This document shows, piece after piece, positions 12,055 to 25,066 of a DNA stretch of 64,000 bases (position 1 is the stretch's first letter; each line of letters opens with the position of its first letter). Position numbers and translations under genes: made by a program. The stretch is from Macrostomum hystrix (lineage: Eukaryota; Animalia; Platyhelminthes): positions 1,302,001-1,366,000 of the forward strand of contig CATNEN010000037.1 in NCBI GenBank assembly GCA_950097015.1. The letters are read 5' to 3'. Below the pieces are notes generated by a model. The model did no database searches, had not been told where the DNA came from, and was given only the letters and a program-made list of their open reading frames with translations.

Positions 12055-13844
12055 GGACCACTTCTTGGAAAATAAAGCTTTTTTGCAATCGTCTATTTTA
12101 TCATAGATTCTACATTGGCAGAAACTTTTCTACTTAAATACTTGGTGACCGGTTCAGGCCATATACATTCCTGTGTGACTTTTTCTAAGAAAAAATCCTC
12201 AAATTCGCTCCCAATTTAGGAGATATGCTTTCTCCTAAATTTATTTTCTTTATCTTCATATCAGTGAAATAAACTTGATATTATTTTTGTGTTAAATTTT
12301 CTTTGCCACAGACTGAAAACCATTTTAGTTGCGAGTACTTCAAGAGAGTCTTGTACTTATCAACAGGCCTTCTAGCTTGTATTTTTGTTACTTGGATAAT
12401 ATTTGCTTTACTAATCGGAACTTATTCAAATGTTGAAATTTTCCTCACTGAATCTCATCTGTTCTGCGACATTTTTGTCTAACATAATTGCTTTTAAAGT
12501 GCTAACTTTGAATAGCTAGCTTGCTCTGGAGTTTAAACATGGTTGGTCCTTTTTTGCACTTCGTAGCTAGGCTGTACCGCGATTACGTTTATTGGATTAA
12601 AAAAATTGTTTTAATTGGTATTTTTTAATCATAATCCGATTTACAATTTAAGTCCCTTAAATTGTCGAATGCCCGAATCTCTAAAGTCCTAAATTTCCAA
12701 AAGGCTTCTAAATGTTCCGAAAAGTACTTTAAATTCTAAAGAAAATCTCGAAAAATTTCCTTTAAAGCTTCTGTGTCCCACCCGCGTTCTATAAAAGAAA
12801 TATTTTATTTATTTATCCTATCGCGATGCCGCAGCTTAAGGTTGCGGACCACCCATTGTGCTGTTGCTCATTGAATATTTAACTCTTAACTGGTTGACCA
12901 TACAGCTAAACTGTTGTCCACACACTGAGAAAGCTTATCCCTTTTCCTCCTGTTGTGTTCTACTTTCCACACTACTTTTTAGTAGTATGGTTTGCACATT
13001 GTTTCTAGTTAATATATTTTTATTTAGTTTCTTTTTTGATAAATGCAGCGATAAAACATATGATATAAACTGTAAGTAAATTACCTGTTGCTCAGATTCT
13101 TACAGCTGAAAAAAATTTTTTTGTGATGAAAATGATTAAGCAAAATAACTGGAACTTATCTTATAGTTTTTTAAACACTATATTAATAACAGAAGCATCT
13201 TTTTGTGTATTTAATTTAGAAAATGGTATAATCTACGTGAATAGACACAGAAACGAGCACCTGCACGAAGAAAACAAATGTTTGGAAGCTGCACAGATTT
13301 AGGCTGGAAAATGTGGTATATTGTGACCAAAAAGCGGTGTAGCAACTTGTTTTTAGCGCAATACATCACATAATAATAGTAAGAATTCTGAAATAAAACT
13401 GTAAACGCTCCAGGAAGACAGATAATAAAATGGGAGAATAAAACTGCCAGTTTTGAAGAACCAATGATATTGGAGTACATAGGGCCAATATGGCACAGAG
13501 AAAGCAAACCCCGCTTAAATAAGAGGACGAACATTTAATCAGCCTTCAAATTTTGATTGGCTAATGGGTAAGCTTTATATTATGCTATATTTAGAAGAAC
13601 AAAACATTCAGCCAGCCAATCAAATTTTTAAGAACGATATTGATCAGCCTCTCCTAGTCATAATAATATTACATCGTAATTGAAAGCTGCGAAAAGTAAA
13701 ACTTGCATTAATAAATAAGCAAATATCTTGTTAAACTATGTCCCATTTGTGACGCTTGGAATAGCACCTGTCTGCTGTGATTTTCTTTCATAATATACAA
13801 GTAATAAGCATATACAGAATGTACCTTGCTTCCAAAGTACCTCT

Positions 13845-14640
13845 CCAATGTACATGGTCTCACAATCCTGCACTTGTCACAGCCAGCTCTCCAATGTACA
13901 CTGCCTCACAATACTGCATTAGTCACAGCCAGCTCTCCAATGTACATTGCCTCACAATCCTGCATTAGTCACAGCCAGCTCTCCAATGTACATTGCCTCA
14001 CAATCCTGTATTAGTCACAGCCAGCTCTCCAATGTACACTGCCTCACAATACTGCATTAGTCACAGCCAGCTCTCCAATGTACATTGCCTCACAATCCTG
14101 CATTAGTCACAGCCAGCTCTCCAATGTACATTGCCTCACAATACTGCATTAGTCACAGCCAGCTCTCCAATGTACATTGCCTCACAATCCTGCATTAGTC
14201 ACAGCCAGCTCTCCAATGTACATTGCCTCACAATACTGCATTAGTCACAGCCAGCTCTCCAATGTACATTGCCTCACAATCCTGCATTAGTCACAGCCAG
14301 CTCTCCAATGTACATTGCCTCACAATCCTGTATTAGTCACAGCCAGCTCTCCAATGTACACTGCCTCACAATACTGCATTAGTCACAGCCAGCTCTCCAA
14401 TGTACATTGCCTCACAATCCTGCATTAGTCACAGCCAGCTCTCCAATGTACATTGCCTCACAATCCTGTATTAGTCACAGCCAGCTCTCCAATGTACACT
14501 GCCTCACAATACTGCATTAGTCACAGCCAGCTCTCCAATGTACATTGCCTCACAATCCTGCATTAGTCACAGCCAGCTCTACAATGTACATTGCCTCACG
14601 ATCCTGCATTAGTCACAGCCAGCTCTCCAATGTAGATTGT
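13845..14640. repeat. 46-bp minisatellite (TCTCCAATGTACATTGCCTCACAATCCTGCATTAGTCACAGCCAGC), about 17 copies
   Basis: Direct tandem repeat just 3' of the ClC stop codon. Confidence 0.95.
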
Positions 14641-14713
14641 CACAGCTACCGTCTTTTCACGATAAAACACGGTTAAAAGCTAGAAGTCAAAATAATGAGC
14701 TACAGGAAAATTT

Positions 14714-17700
14714 TCAGGTCAAGGATGTCACACCTCTGCAATCAGCGCCAGAGAGACTCTCGAGATACCTTAGCGCGTCCTTCTTGGTGATAATGCCAAG
14801 CAGGCGGCCGTTTCGAGTCACGAGAGTCTGGCGCAGGCCCAGTTTGCGGAACATCTCCAGGACAACGTACATCGGCGTCTGGTCCGTCACTGCGATCGGT
14901 GCCTGTGCGCGTGAAACTTTTTTTAGAAACTTGCACTTGCATTAACTTTTAGAACCTGAACTATTTCTTCAGAACCTGAACCAAATCTAATTCTCGAACC
15001 TGAACTAAATCTACTTCCAGAACCTGAACTAAATCTACTTCCAGAACCTGAACTAAATCTACTTCCAGAACCTGAACTAAATCTACTTCCAGAACCTGAA
15101 CTAAATCTACTTCCAGAACCTGAGCTAAATCTACTTCCAGAACCTGAACTAAATCTACTTCCAGAACCTGAACTAAATTTACTTCCTCAACCTGAACTAA
15201 ATCTACTTCCAGAACCTGAACTAAATCTACTTCCAGAACCTGAACTAAATCTACTTCCAGAACCTGAGCTAAATCTACTTCCAGAACCTGAACTAAATCT
15301 ACTTCCAGAACCTGAGCTAAATCTACTTCCAGAACCTGAACTATTTCTTCAGAACCTGAACCAAATCAAATTCTTGAACCTGAACTACATCTACTTCCAG
15401 AACCTGAACTAAATCTACTTCCTGAACCTGAACTAAATCTTCTTCCAGAACCTGAACTAAATCTACTTCCTGAACCTGAACTAAATCTACTTCCAGAACC
15501 TGAACTAAATCTACTACCAAATAACAGGAAGACCTCACCAAATTGACTATCCGACTAAGGTTTAAGGGCTTCGGCCAGTTTCTCCTGCTTGAAACCGTCA
15601 TCGGTTGCGGTGGTGGCGGAGTCTGCTGAAAGGCGGCCGGAGTGTCCGCAAAGTGCACAATCGACTGACCCACAATGCTGTCATCCTTCTTCTTTGATAA
15701 TTCTGCAATGAAAAACGTGCGGGGTGGTTCACAATATCCAATAGATTCACAATCTCCAATAGATTCACAATTTCCAATAGATTCACAATATTCAATAGAT
15801 TCACAATTTCCAATAGATTCACAATTTCCAATAGATTCAAAATTTCCAATAGATTCACAATATTCAATAGATTCACAATTTCCAATAGATTCACAATATT
15901 CAATAGATTCACAATTTCCAATAGATTCACAATATTCAATAGATTCACAATTTCCAATAGATTCACAATATTCAATAGATTCACAATATCCAATAGATTC
16001 ACAATATCCAATAGATTCACAATATTCAACAGATTCACAATATCCAATAGATTCACAATATCCAATAGATTCACAATATCCAATAGATTCACAATGTCCA
16101 ACAGATTCACAATATCCAATAGATGTACAATATTCAAGAATCCGCAGGTCAAACTCACCGAGCGCCATCACTAAATCCCGCCTTGTGACAAATCCCAGCA
16201 GGTAGTGATAGTCCGGCGACATCACCACCGGGAAGCCGTTGAAGTTGTAGTCGGCCAGCAGGCGGCTGACCTCGTCAACTGTGGCGCCGGTCTGGTACAG
16301 CACCCGCAGCGGTCGCCGCATAGCGTCGCCGGCTAAAGCGGAGGCGTCCTCGAAGTCGGCAGCCGCAGCGTCGGCAGCCGGGCGCTCGCGGCTAGCCAAG
16401 AACGGGTAGCCGTTAAGCCGGATGTGCGCCTCGTAGATGCCGCCACCAGCCAGTGAAATAATCGCCGACCCATTTGCTAGTGAGGGCGGCGATCATCAGC
16501 GGCAGGCTGTACTCCAGCCCGCCAGTCAGTTCCAGCATGATGGCAACTAGGGAGAGGGTCATCCGGGTGACGCCGCCTAGTGCGGCTGCAGCGCCAACCA
16601 TCGCGTAGAGGCCACTGTTTAGGCAGGGCTGGCCCTGTGCGATCGCGGCGCCGCCATTGCAAAGTCTGTTGAATGGGAACGCGGCGATATTTGTGACGGC
16701 GAGCTGCTCCAGTAGGCTGCCGAGGATCCGGCCGGCGATGGCGCCGACGGCCAGAGATGGAATAAATAAGCCGGATGGGATCTGCGGAATGGATGGGATC
16801 GTCTGTGCATTTTGATGCGTCGTTTGTCTATTGTAAGATAGCATTGACCGACTTTTAGTCTATGGTAAGTTAGCCTTGACCAACTTTTAGTCTATGGTAA
16901 GTTAGCCTTGACCAACTTTTAGTCTATGGTAAGTTAGCCTTGACCAACTTTTAGTCTATGGTAAGTTAGCCTTGACCAACTTTTAGTCTATGGTAAGTTA
17001 GCCTTGACCAACTTTTAGTCTATGGTAAGTTAGCCTTGACCAACTTTTAGTCTATGGTAAGTTAGCCTTGACCAACTTTTAGTCTATGGTAAGCAAGCCT
17101 TGATCTACTTTTACTCTATGATTATCTAACGGGGATAGACAAACAATCCATTAAATTCATCCTCAGGGATCTTGGGATCTCAGCACCTTGATACCGAAGG
17201 TGAACACAGTGGCCACTATCTTGAACAGGTAGGCGATGGTCAGCTTCCACAAAGCCGCGTTGACGCCTGAGTTCGGTGAACTCGATGCCGTATTGGTTGT
17301 CGCGTTGCCAATAGCAACGACCGAGTCAAAGTCGCAGAGCTCGGTGGCGTCCTCCGGGCCGCAGCGGCTGAACAGCAGGCGAATGAGCCGAGTAGTGTCC
17401 ATCCGCGTGTACGGATTGGGGAACGCCACCAGAGCTGTGATGACGGCCACTGCGGCCACCTGCAGAGTTGGGTGGGCTGCATAATTAAGAGCTGCTAGAG
17501 AGCCTACTGATGAGATACTGAGTAGTATACTGAGGAATTTTATCCGGAACAATATAAAAATAATAAATTTTTCTAACGCACCCAAAACCTAGCATCTACG
17601 TTTTTCAGCGATCAAGCAACCCAGCTGTCTAACCATCTAGCAACCCAGCTATCTAACCATCTGGCAACCCAGCAATCTAACCATCTGGCAACCCAGCAAT

Positions 17701-20622
17701 CTAACCATCTGGCAACCCAGCTATCTAACCATCTAGCAACCCAGCTATCTAACCATCTAGCAACCCAGCTATCTAGCCATCTAGCAACCCAGCTATCTAG
17801 CCATCTAGCAACCCAGCTATCTAGCCATCTAGCAACCCAGCTATCTAACAATCTATCAACCCAGTCAATCCAGCTATTCAGCTGGATGACGCCGCCTAGT
17901 GCGGCTGCAGCGCCAACCATCGCGTAGAGGCCGCTGTTTAGGCAGGGCCACCAGCCAGCTAGTCGCGTACCTCAGCAATGGGATGCCGCCCTAATCCACC
18001 CAGCTTCCTTCGCCTGCACAGCCAGATGTTGGCCTTGACGAATGCGGCCCCAAACAGGCCGCCAAGAATGCCTAGCAGAATGAAGGGCAGAACTTCCAGC
18101 GCGGACCAGGTAGACCGGTAGTCAACAGAGAACAGTACGAGGTGATCGTTGCCAAACGGATTCACAAGTTTGAGCACAGAAGCCGCCACCATGCTGCAGA
18201 AGAAACTGCGCCACAATGTCTTCAATGGGAAATAGTAGCTGGCCTCTTCTAGGCTGAATAGCACTCCGCCAAGTGGCGCACCAAAGGCTATGCTGACGCC
18301 GGCCGCCGCAGCCGCAGACAGAACCTCGCGCTTCTTGGCCTCGTTGCGGCCATACTTTGGGAACATTCTGGCTATGATATTGCCGCAGCAGGCAGCGATG
18401 TGTACCATCGGGCCCTCCTTGCCCAGGCTGAGGCCGGAGGCTACGGCCAGCATGATGCCAAGAGACTTCACCAGCAATGTCCACCAGCCAAGGTAGCCGC
18501 GGATGACGAAGCCGGATAGGATTGTCTTGATCTCAGGAATGCCAGAGCCGCAGGCGTATGGAGCCAGGCTGCGAACCAGGACGGCGGCGATAAGGGCCAG
18601 TGCTAGCGACCAGGACACGTACAGGCCGTACTTGAGGGCGTAGGCCAGGGCGTTCCTGGGACTGTCCCCGACTAGCTCCGCCCAGGCCAGCCACTGCAGA
18701 AGATTTGACGCAGGAAAAAATCGAAAACACCGATCATACTACTCATAGACATTTTAAGCTATAATAAATAACTAACAAATAACTAATACTAAAAATAATA
18801 ACTGATCCAGATGTGCAGCGGACAGCACAGCACAGTCCATGGACTGTGGGGACCCTCAATTACCCCAGCTGATGCTGGCACCCATTCAACAGCTGAGTGA
18901 ACTAGACTAATGCAGATTTAAGTGTCTTTCTAATGGAAACAAATTGTTTGAGTCGAGTCTGGAATCTAACCCCGACCTTCAAATCGTGAGTCTGCCACTC
19001 TAACCACTAGGCCACTAGGATACAACACTCAATTGATTATAATTCTCCAATAAAATTATTCTATATAGTTATATTAAATATATTAATTGGAAATATTTTC
19101 AAAATCCAGTTAGAAAGCTAGATTTTGCGATCCACGAGGCTGTAAATTACCTTCATAAAAGTTTTAAAGCCCTACTACTAATAGTAGCGCTTATCACGCA
19201 TATTATTAAAGTAGGGCGCACCTGGCTGCAAGTGGGCTCCTCATTGGCCGCGTCTAACACCCCAGTGTCATTTGCTGACCAGCAGCATTGCTCCTGATTC
19301 AGCCAGAAAGCACCGGGGCAGACACCGACGCGAAGGTCGGACAACCAGGCGGTGCCAATGTCGACAGCGCCTGCCACTAAGCCTGAGAATTGTTTTGCGT
19401 TGAGAGCACGACGGTGTCAGCACAGTTCTTTGTTCCACCTGCTTTTTCGCGAAAAGTCATTCCCGGAGTAGCTTAATTCCCCGCAGCCTACCCATCGGAC
19501 ATCTCACCGGCGACAACAGAGATGAGTCCAACACAGAGCCAGCCGGACAGGGCATCCATCGCAACGTCAAACCGGCCACGACAGGTCTGCGCATCTCGGA
19601 GAAGCTTCCGACGCCGGCTCCTGTGCCGACCAATGTCCTTCAGCCAGTCGATGGTTTCGAAGTCGTCATATTGTCCGTCAATGAGGATGCCGCCAACGTC
19701 TGTCAAATAAATAGAGACAATAAAGATTCAATAATAACAATGTTACACTTTTTCACCAAAAAGACTGAGTCATCAGCCTTAGATAGCATCGCATAATGAT
19801 ACGAGTACCTGATACATTATCGAATTTTAGAAATTAAAGCATACAAGCTAAGAAGAAATATAATAATAATCACATGAAATAGCCAAATTAATTCGAAACT
19901 ATATAATTAATTACAATTACACGTCGACTGTCACATACGCCACTCGCCCGGTGACGATCATTTGAACAGAAGAACTGAACATATTTTATAAAGCTAAGCA
20001 AAACCGCCACTTAGGTTGCGATGCACCCATTTACAATTGTCATAGTTAGAAAAAAATCTAGAATTCTAGAAAGCGACTTGAATAAGCGCGTATTTGCTTA
20101 GCCCTCTGACCTTTCAATTAAGCAATGTTTGCTGTGTGCGAGTTGATTTTTTATCTTTCCATTTGGTCGGTTTAGAAAATCAATCAATTAGAAATGACAA
20201 ACAAGGGTATTTTTATCACTATTTTCATAGGCTAAAATAGACGAAAAATCCATTCTTAATCTGAGATTGTTTCTTTCCATGACTGCAGAACATCTTTCAG
20301 CTCACCAGAAGGACCACTCAGTTTGACATCTGCATCAGACTTAAACGAGTCACGCAAGAGCTTAGTAGCATCGTCAGCCTCTTCAAATTCAGTGTCATCT
20401 TCATCATATATACCAGCAGGAGCTGGTGCGAATGCTCTGTAGCTGCCAACAGTTGCAGCTGTAGTCGCCACACGTGCTGCGTTGGCTACAAGTGCATCCG
20501 TTTCAGATCTGTCATTGCCTGCGCTTGCAGCTTCTAGAGACGCCCGAGACTGAGATGACATTGAACTACATGTATTGCTGTCCAGTTGGAGCCTGGAATG
20601 ACGCTGGGCCAGCGATGCAGAC
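14714..20622 (-). CDS. CLCN3: ClC-3/4/5-type chloride/proton exchanger with two CBS domains; exons 20622-20306, 19699-19508, 19382-19222, 18693-17971, 17459-17187, 16781-16159 (frameshift near 16451), 15702-15539, 14902-14714
   Basis: Signature motifs [63 protein letters not shown] and CBS2 [25 protein letters not shown]; all junctions GT-AG with matching phase. The true start is uncertain (ATG at 20561 or an upstream exon). Confidence 0.9.
14950..15520. repeat. 24-bp minisatellite (AGAACCTGAACTAAATCTACTTCC) in the last ClC intron
   Basis: Direct tandem repeat. Confidence 0.95.
15735..16135. repeat. 18-bp minisatellite (CAATAGATTCACAATWTY) in ClC intron 16158-15703
   Basis: Direct tandem repeat, about 22 copies. 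Confidence 0.95.
16845..17125. repeat. 32-bp minisatellite (GACCAACTTTTAGTCTATGGTAAGTTAGCCTT) in a ClC intron
   Basis: Direct tandem repeat, about 8 copies. Confidence 0.95.
17612..17880. repeat. 24-bp minisatellite (ACCCAGCTATCTAACCATCTAGCA) in a ClC intron
   Basis: Direct tandem repeat. Confidence 0.9.
17887..17948 (-). other. 62-nt intronic copy of downstream ClC exon sequence 16568-16629
   Basis: 61/62 identical, same orientation, offset 1319 bp. Confidence 0.9.
18760..19019 (-). mobile_element. tRNA-derived SINE (family B, CORE-like central domain)
   Basis: Minus strand: A-box TGGCCTAGTGG, B-box-like GGTTAGATTCC, central AAGACACTTAA...GTTCACTCAGCTG..GAATGGGTGCCAG, palindrome CACAGTCCATGGACTGTG, degenerate (TTA)n tail; related copy at 39082-39230. 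Confidence 0.7.
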
Positions 20623-21311
20623 CTGGAAGAAATACGCTTTGTTAAAAAATTAGGATTTGGCTTTGCTTTCTGTCAAATTAGAAGTTATATTTCTATACAT
20701 ATAACATATAAACAAATAAACTTATTGGTGAATTGAATTATTATTATATTAATAAGTCAAAGAATAGTTTCCCTTATTTAGCATTTTGAATAATACATTT
20801 AATTTTAATTTAATTCAAATTCAGCTTAAAACGTCAGCTTTCTACGAATAATAACTTCACTATAAAATTGAGTTTAGTTGAGTATGAATTGAATCAAGCA
20901 TTTACTAAAGCAGAGGCTACGAGCTATGTGTGCAAAAATTGTGATAATATGTATTTTAACAATTTAGACCCTACAGAAAGCACTTCGGAAATTATGATTC
21001 TTGCAAATAAATTAGAACTCAGAGCTTGTATTCTAACTCAAATCTAAGCTAATATAGTAAATGTTATACGATTTTAATAGCGTCGTTAAAACTTTGTATA
21101 GTATTGCAATACACAAGAAAATACTTGTGTTTCCAAACAGCAAGGATTGAAAGCGGTAATTTTGGGCAGGTACACTTTTGTGGAAATAACTAGAAAAGTA
21201 AGCAACATCAACGGAGATACTATTTAAAAATATATGCGTGACCAGTAAGTTAAATTTGATACGCGAACTAGTAAAGCTGCAATATATTATAAAAAGCTTG
21301 TTTTCTCTTTA

Positions 21312-21894
21312 TAATTAGCACAAAATGAACAACTTATTCATTTAATTACTTGGTCAAAAATGGGCTTTGTGGTGGTTATTACTACATATTTTTATTATAT
21401 CAGACGTTATTTTCCGCAAATTTAAACTCTTGACCATTCTTTACGTATTTGCACGCGTACTCTCCTTTATTATGTCATGTTAAACACTAGGCCTATCTAT
21501 ATTAAGCGCTCTTATAAGCGTTTCGATTGTGTTGACTGTTGAGAAAGTTAAGTTTTGTTTTGCTAAGTTGCTAAGTTTTGGAATGCTTTTGTTGTAATAA
21601 TAATTTGAATATTTAATTTCCTTCTTTAAACAGTATTTTAATTCACTTTTTAATGTTTCAACTTCAAGCTATGTAATGTTAGAACAACTCTGTCTGTTGT
21701 ATTCTCAGTATTGGCATGCTAGGCATGCCAATAGTAAATGAAACTAATGCTGAGCATGCCAATGGTAAATGAAACTAATTACATAGATGTAATAATGCTT
21801 CTGTTAACTAACATATGCCTAAAGTCTAACCACCACAAAGCCCATTTTTGACCAAGTAATCAAATGAAAAAGTTTTTTTATTTTGTGCTAATTA
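21312..21894. mobile_element. MITE-like element with ~67-bp terminal inverted repeats
   Basis: 21312-21378 is the near-perfect reverse complement of 21827-21894; internal hairpin ATTGGCATGC-TAG-GCATGCCAAT near 21712. Confidence 0.65.
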
Positions 21895-22013
21895 CTGGCA
21901 TCAGTGACATGCCTGAGTGCACTTTTAAAATTTTGTCTGTCATTGAAGTAACCAAAATTGTATGTGTGCACAGTAGAGTTTTTAGGGCTTATTTTTCAGC
22001 GCTGTGCTTTTAA

Positions 22014-22551
22014 GACCTTTTAAACTTTCCCTGACTCGGGATTTCCTGACTCCAATCCCGACTTCTAATGCAGACGCATTAGAAGTTGGGAATTCCCAAC
22101 TCAAATCCCAACTCGAATCTGTAAGGGGGGACCATTACAAAGTTTGCCGTTTGCATTAGGAGTCGGGAATTCTCGACTCAAATCCAGACTCGAATCTGTA
22201 AGGGAGGACCATTACAAATTTTGCAAATCCATTCCCGACTGGAATCCCAACTCGAATCTGTAAGGGGGGACCATTACAAATTTTGCAAATCCATTCATAA
22301 TTCATAGTTGGCAAATTATTTTCTTAAACTCAAATTATATATACTGGTATACCGCCTCAAATCCCGACTTGAATCTGTAATGGTCCCCCCTTACAGATTT
22401 GAGTCGGGAATGGATTTGCAAAATTTGTTATGGTCCCCCCTTACAGATTCGAGTCGGGATTCAAGTCGTGAATTCCCAACTTCTAATGCGTCTGCATTAG
22501 AAGTCGGGATTGGAGTCAGGAAATCCCAAGTCGGGGAAAGTTTAAAAGGTC
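22014..22551. mobile_element. Foldback-like non-autonomous element with long modular inverted arms
   Basis: Arms GACCTTTTAAACTTTCCC... / ...GGGAAAGTTTAAAAGGTC match for at least 125 nt; internal subrepeats (CTCGAATCTGTAAGGGGGGACCATTACAAA) in both orientations; flanked by TTTAA on both sides. Confidence 0.8.
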
Positions 22552-25066
22552 TTTAAGTCTATTAATACCATGCCAGGAGGCTGACTAGCAGCACCGTCAT
22601 TTATTGTGGATCCAAACTCTGTTAGTATTACCCTTGCTGAATTTTGACAAGCAATCCTAACACTTGTCGCTTATGATATCATTATTTCCTATTGTTTAAT
22701 TGTTTCCCATTGTTTCAAAATGATTTCCCAATGTTTTTGCATCAATTTGAAATGAAACTTTTCAGAAAAACAGTTTGACAAATGATTAATAAATAATGCC
22801 CTTTGTTCAGTCTTCAGAAATTCCAAAAATGTAAAAATAGACCAGTCCTTAGTCCTAATTTAATGATTCATTATTTGCAATTAAATTTATGTTTAGCTCA
22901 TGGTATAAGAATCACTATTATTACCATTAGCATGTCTGCATATATATCTGTGACCTTTGCCATGTCATATTATATATCACCATGGTCATACATGCGCAAC
23001 CTCCCAAATCTTAGCCGGCTGTGCGACTTATTTTTTGCTCTATTTATGACTTAGTTTGCTCTCATTTGCTCTCTTTTTCTCTCCCCTTTTTCCCTTTCTT
23101 CATGCCTTCCTTTTTTGTCCCTTAGTCCCCCCTTTGATTTTTTTGTGCTTGGTCAATTGGTTTTTGCAACTCACCTTGCTTGGCCCTTGTTTTACCCGAC
23201 TGGTTCGGCCAGGACGGCCGGGTGTTGCGCATGTTTGACCATGGTTGTGCAATTTTGGATCAGCCAAATATCCTTATACCCATTTTGTTTTGTCTTAATG
23301 AAGACCAATATCAATTATGATTCTTGGTTTTATACAATTATATTAGCACACACAAAAATCAAAGAATACAACTAATATCCAAGTTAGTAAAAATTGTAAT
23401 ATTAAAATAAAAAATTAAATGTCAAACTTTTACAAAGTTTCTACAAATCTATATGAAAATCAAACCGAAATTTCCCTAGGCCTATGAATACCCAATTTTC
23501 TAATTAAAAAGGCCATCTTCCTGACTATGGCATGGGTCTATATCTCTGAATTATTAAAAAAATCTGACTAGGCCCTATATACAGTCAGAATCATAAGTAT
23601 AAGCCCATAAATTTAGGGATGCATTGCCAAATTTGGCAAATGCAATGCATGCAAATTTGGCAGTATTTCCTGCCAAATTTGGCTTATATAGTTGGTGTAC
23701 ACTAGCTTCACACTGAACTCTTGGCATGCACACTTGGTGCTTAATGTAAGTGCATATGGCACTAATAGTAACAAGTATATATAAGCTTGTGTGAAATATA
23801 TAATTGACTCATTGCTCATTTATTAGTTTTATTTTCACATTCTAACTTTGAAGTGTGAACACTTAACATTTTTGGTATTCTCTCTGGCTTTTAAATTTAT
23901 TTTCTGCAATGCACCTAACATCATCTAGACAGTAGTCAAACAATAAACTATAACTATTAGCATTGATTTGCTAGATTGTTTTCTTATTAATATTGCAATT
24001 GGCAAAACATTTTTCAGTTATGCTTTAATTTAAAAAAAATTATTGCTTAAATATATATTATGGACATCAGTCATATGAAACCAATGAAACTAGCTGAACT
24101 TTTACATTTTTTTTGTAACTGCTATGTTTTACTTTCTAACTTCTACCAAATCTCATTTCTTTCCTAGTCACGAGAGCCTTTCCTAGTTTAAAAAATGTCA
24201 GAGTCTACTAATATAGACTTAGCCCTATGTGAGCCTGCAATTGCTAGTCAATTATTTTTAGTAGGTTGGATAGTCAGTCATGTTTCCAAACTAAGCTATC
24301 CCTGACATTGAGTCTTATGTTGACTAATTAAAGAGAAAATTGTTTTGCTCATTGCTAAGCAATTATTTAAACCAACGAACATAAACCAAGGTATGAGATA
24401 TTGAAAGTGTGATATTAAATTACATTTTTGTTTCTATGCTGTCATAGGTAATATTTTTAAAGCTAGAATTTATTTAGCAATTTAGCTAACAAAAGTTGTT
24501 TACTTTTAAATAAAATTTAAGGGCTGATAGAAAAATTCTATCAGTCAAACTGTAGAACTGTGCAGTCAAACTGTAGAACTGTAGGACTGTAAACTGTTGA
24601 CTGTAGTCAACATTAAAGGACTGTATTGAACTTCAAACTAAAAGTAGTCCAAATAAGGTTCATCGACCATGGACTCTTCTTAAATTATCAATCTCTACCT
24701 TTATGTGCCAGATATTTTCTGTATTATGTTTTTGTCTATGGCTTATGATCTTTTCAATTCTAGAATCATTGTCCACAGTTCTAGATAGCAATTGTTTGCT
24801 ATCACATGCAATGTAATTGTTTTCAAGCACTGGGGCCACTTATTATTTGTACTTTGTTGCACAATTTCCCTATCTCAGTGAAATATGGCTAAATATTTCT
24901 GACCAAAGGTAAAGCACTATGCACCTGGGGCTAAGTCATGAACATTTGAAACACTATATAGACATTCTCGACTACATACGAGTTATTATTTAATCCTTGA
25001 GTTCTGAGTTCCTTCCGCATATTAAAACATTAACGTTTCCATGTTCTTTAAAAAATTATTTTTCAG

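Noticed and set aside
14742-14942. Track [11 protein letters not shown]... as the ClC last exon
   Set aside because: Wrong frame; the CBS2 sequence [10 protein letters not shown]... starts at acceptor 14902 and ends at the stop at 14714.
16845-17125. GGTAAGT splice-donor consensus in each 32-bp unit
   Set aside because: On the strand opposite the host ClC transcript.
18950-19019. tRNA-like segments (also about 39170-39230, 37254-37325 and 45620-45670) as tRNA genes
   Set aside because: Broken cloverleaf stems that continue into shared SINE bodies.
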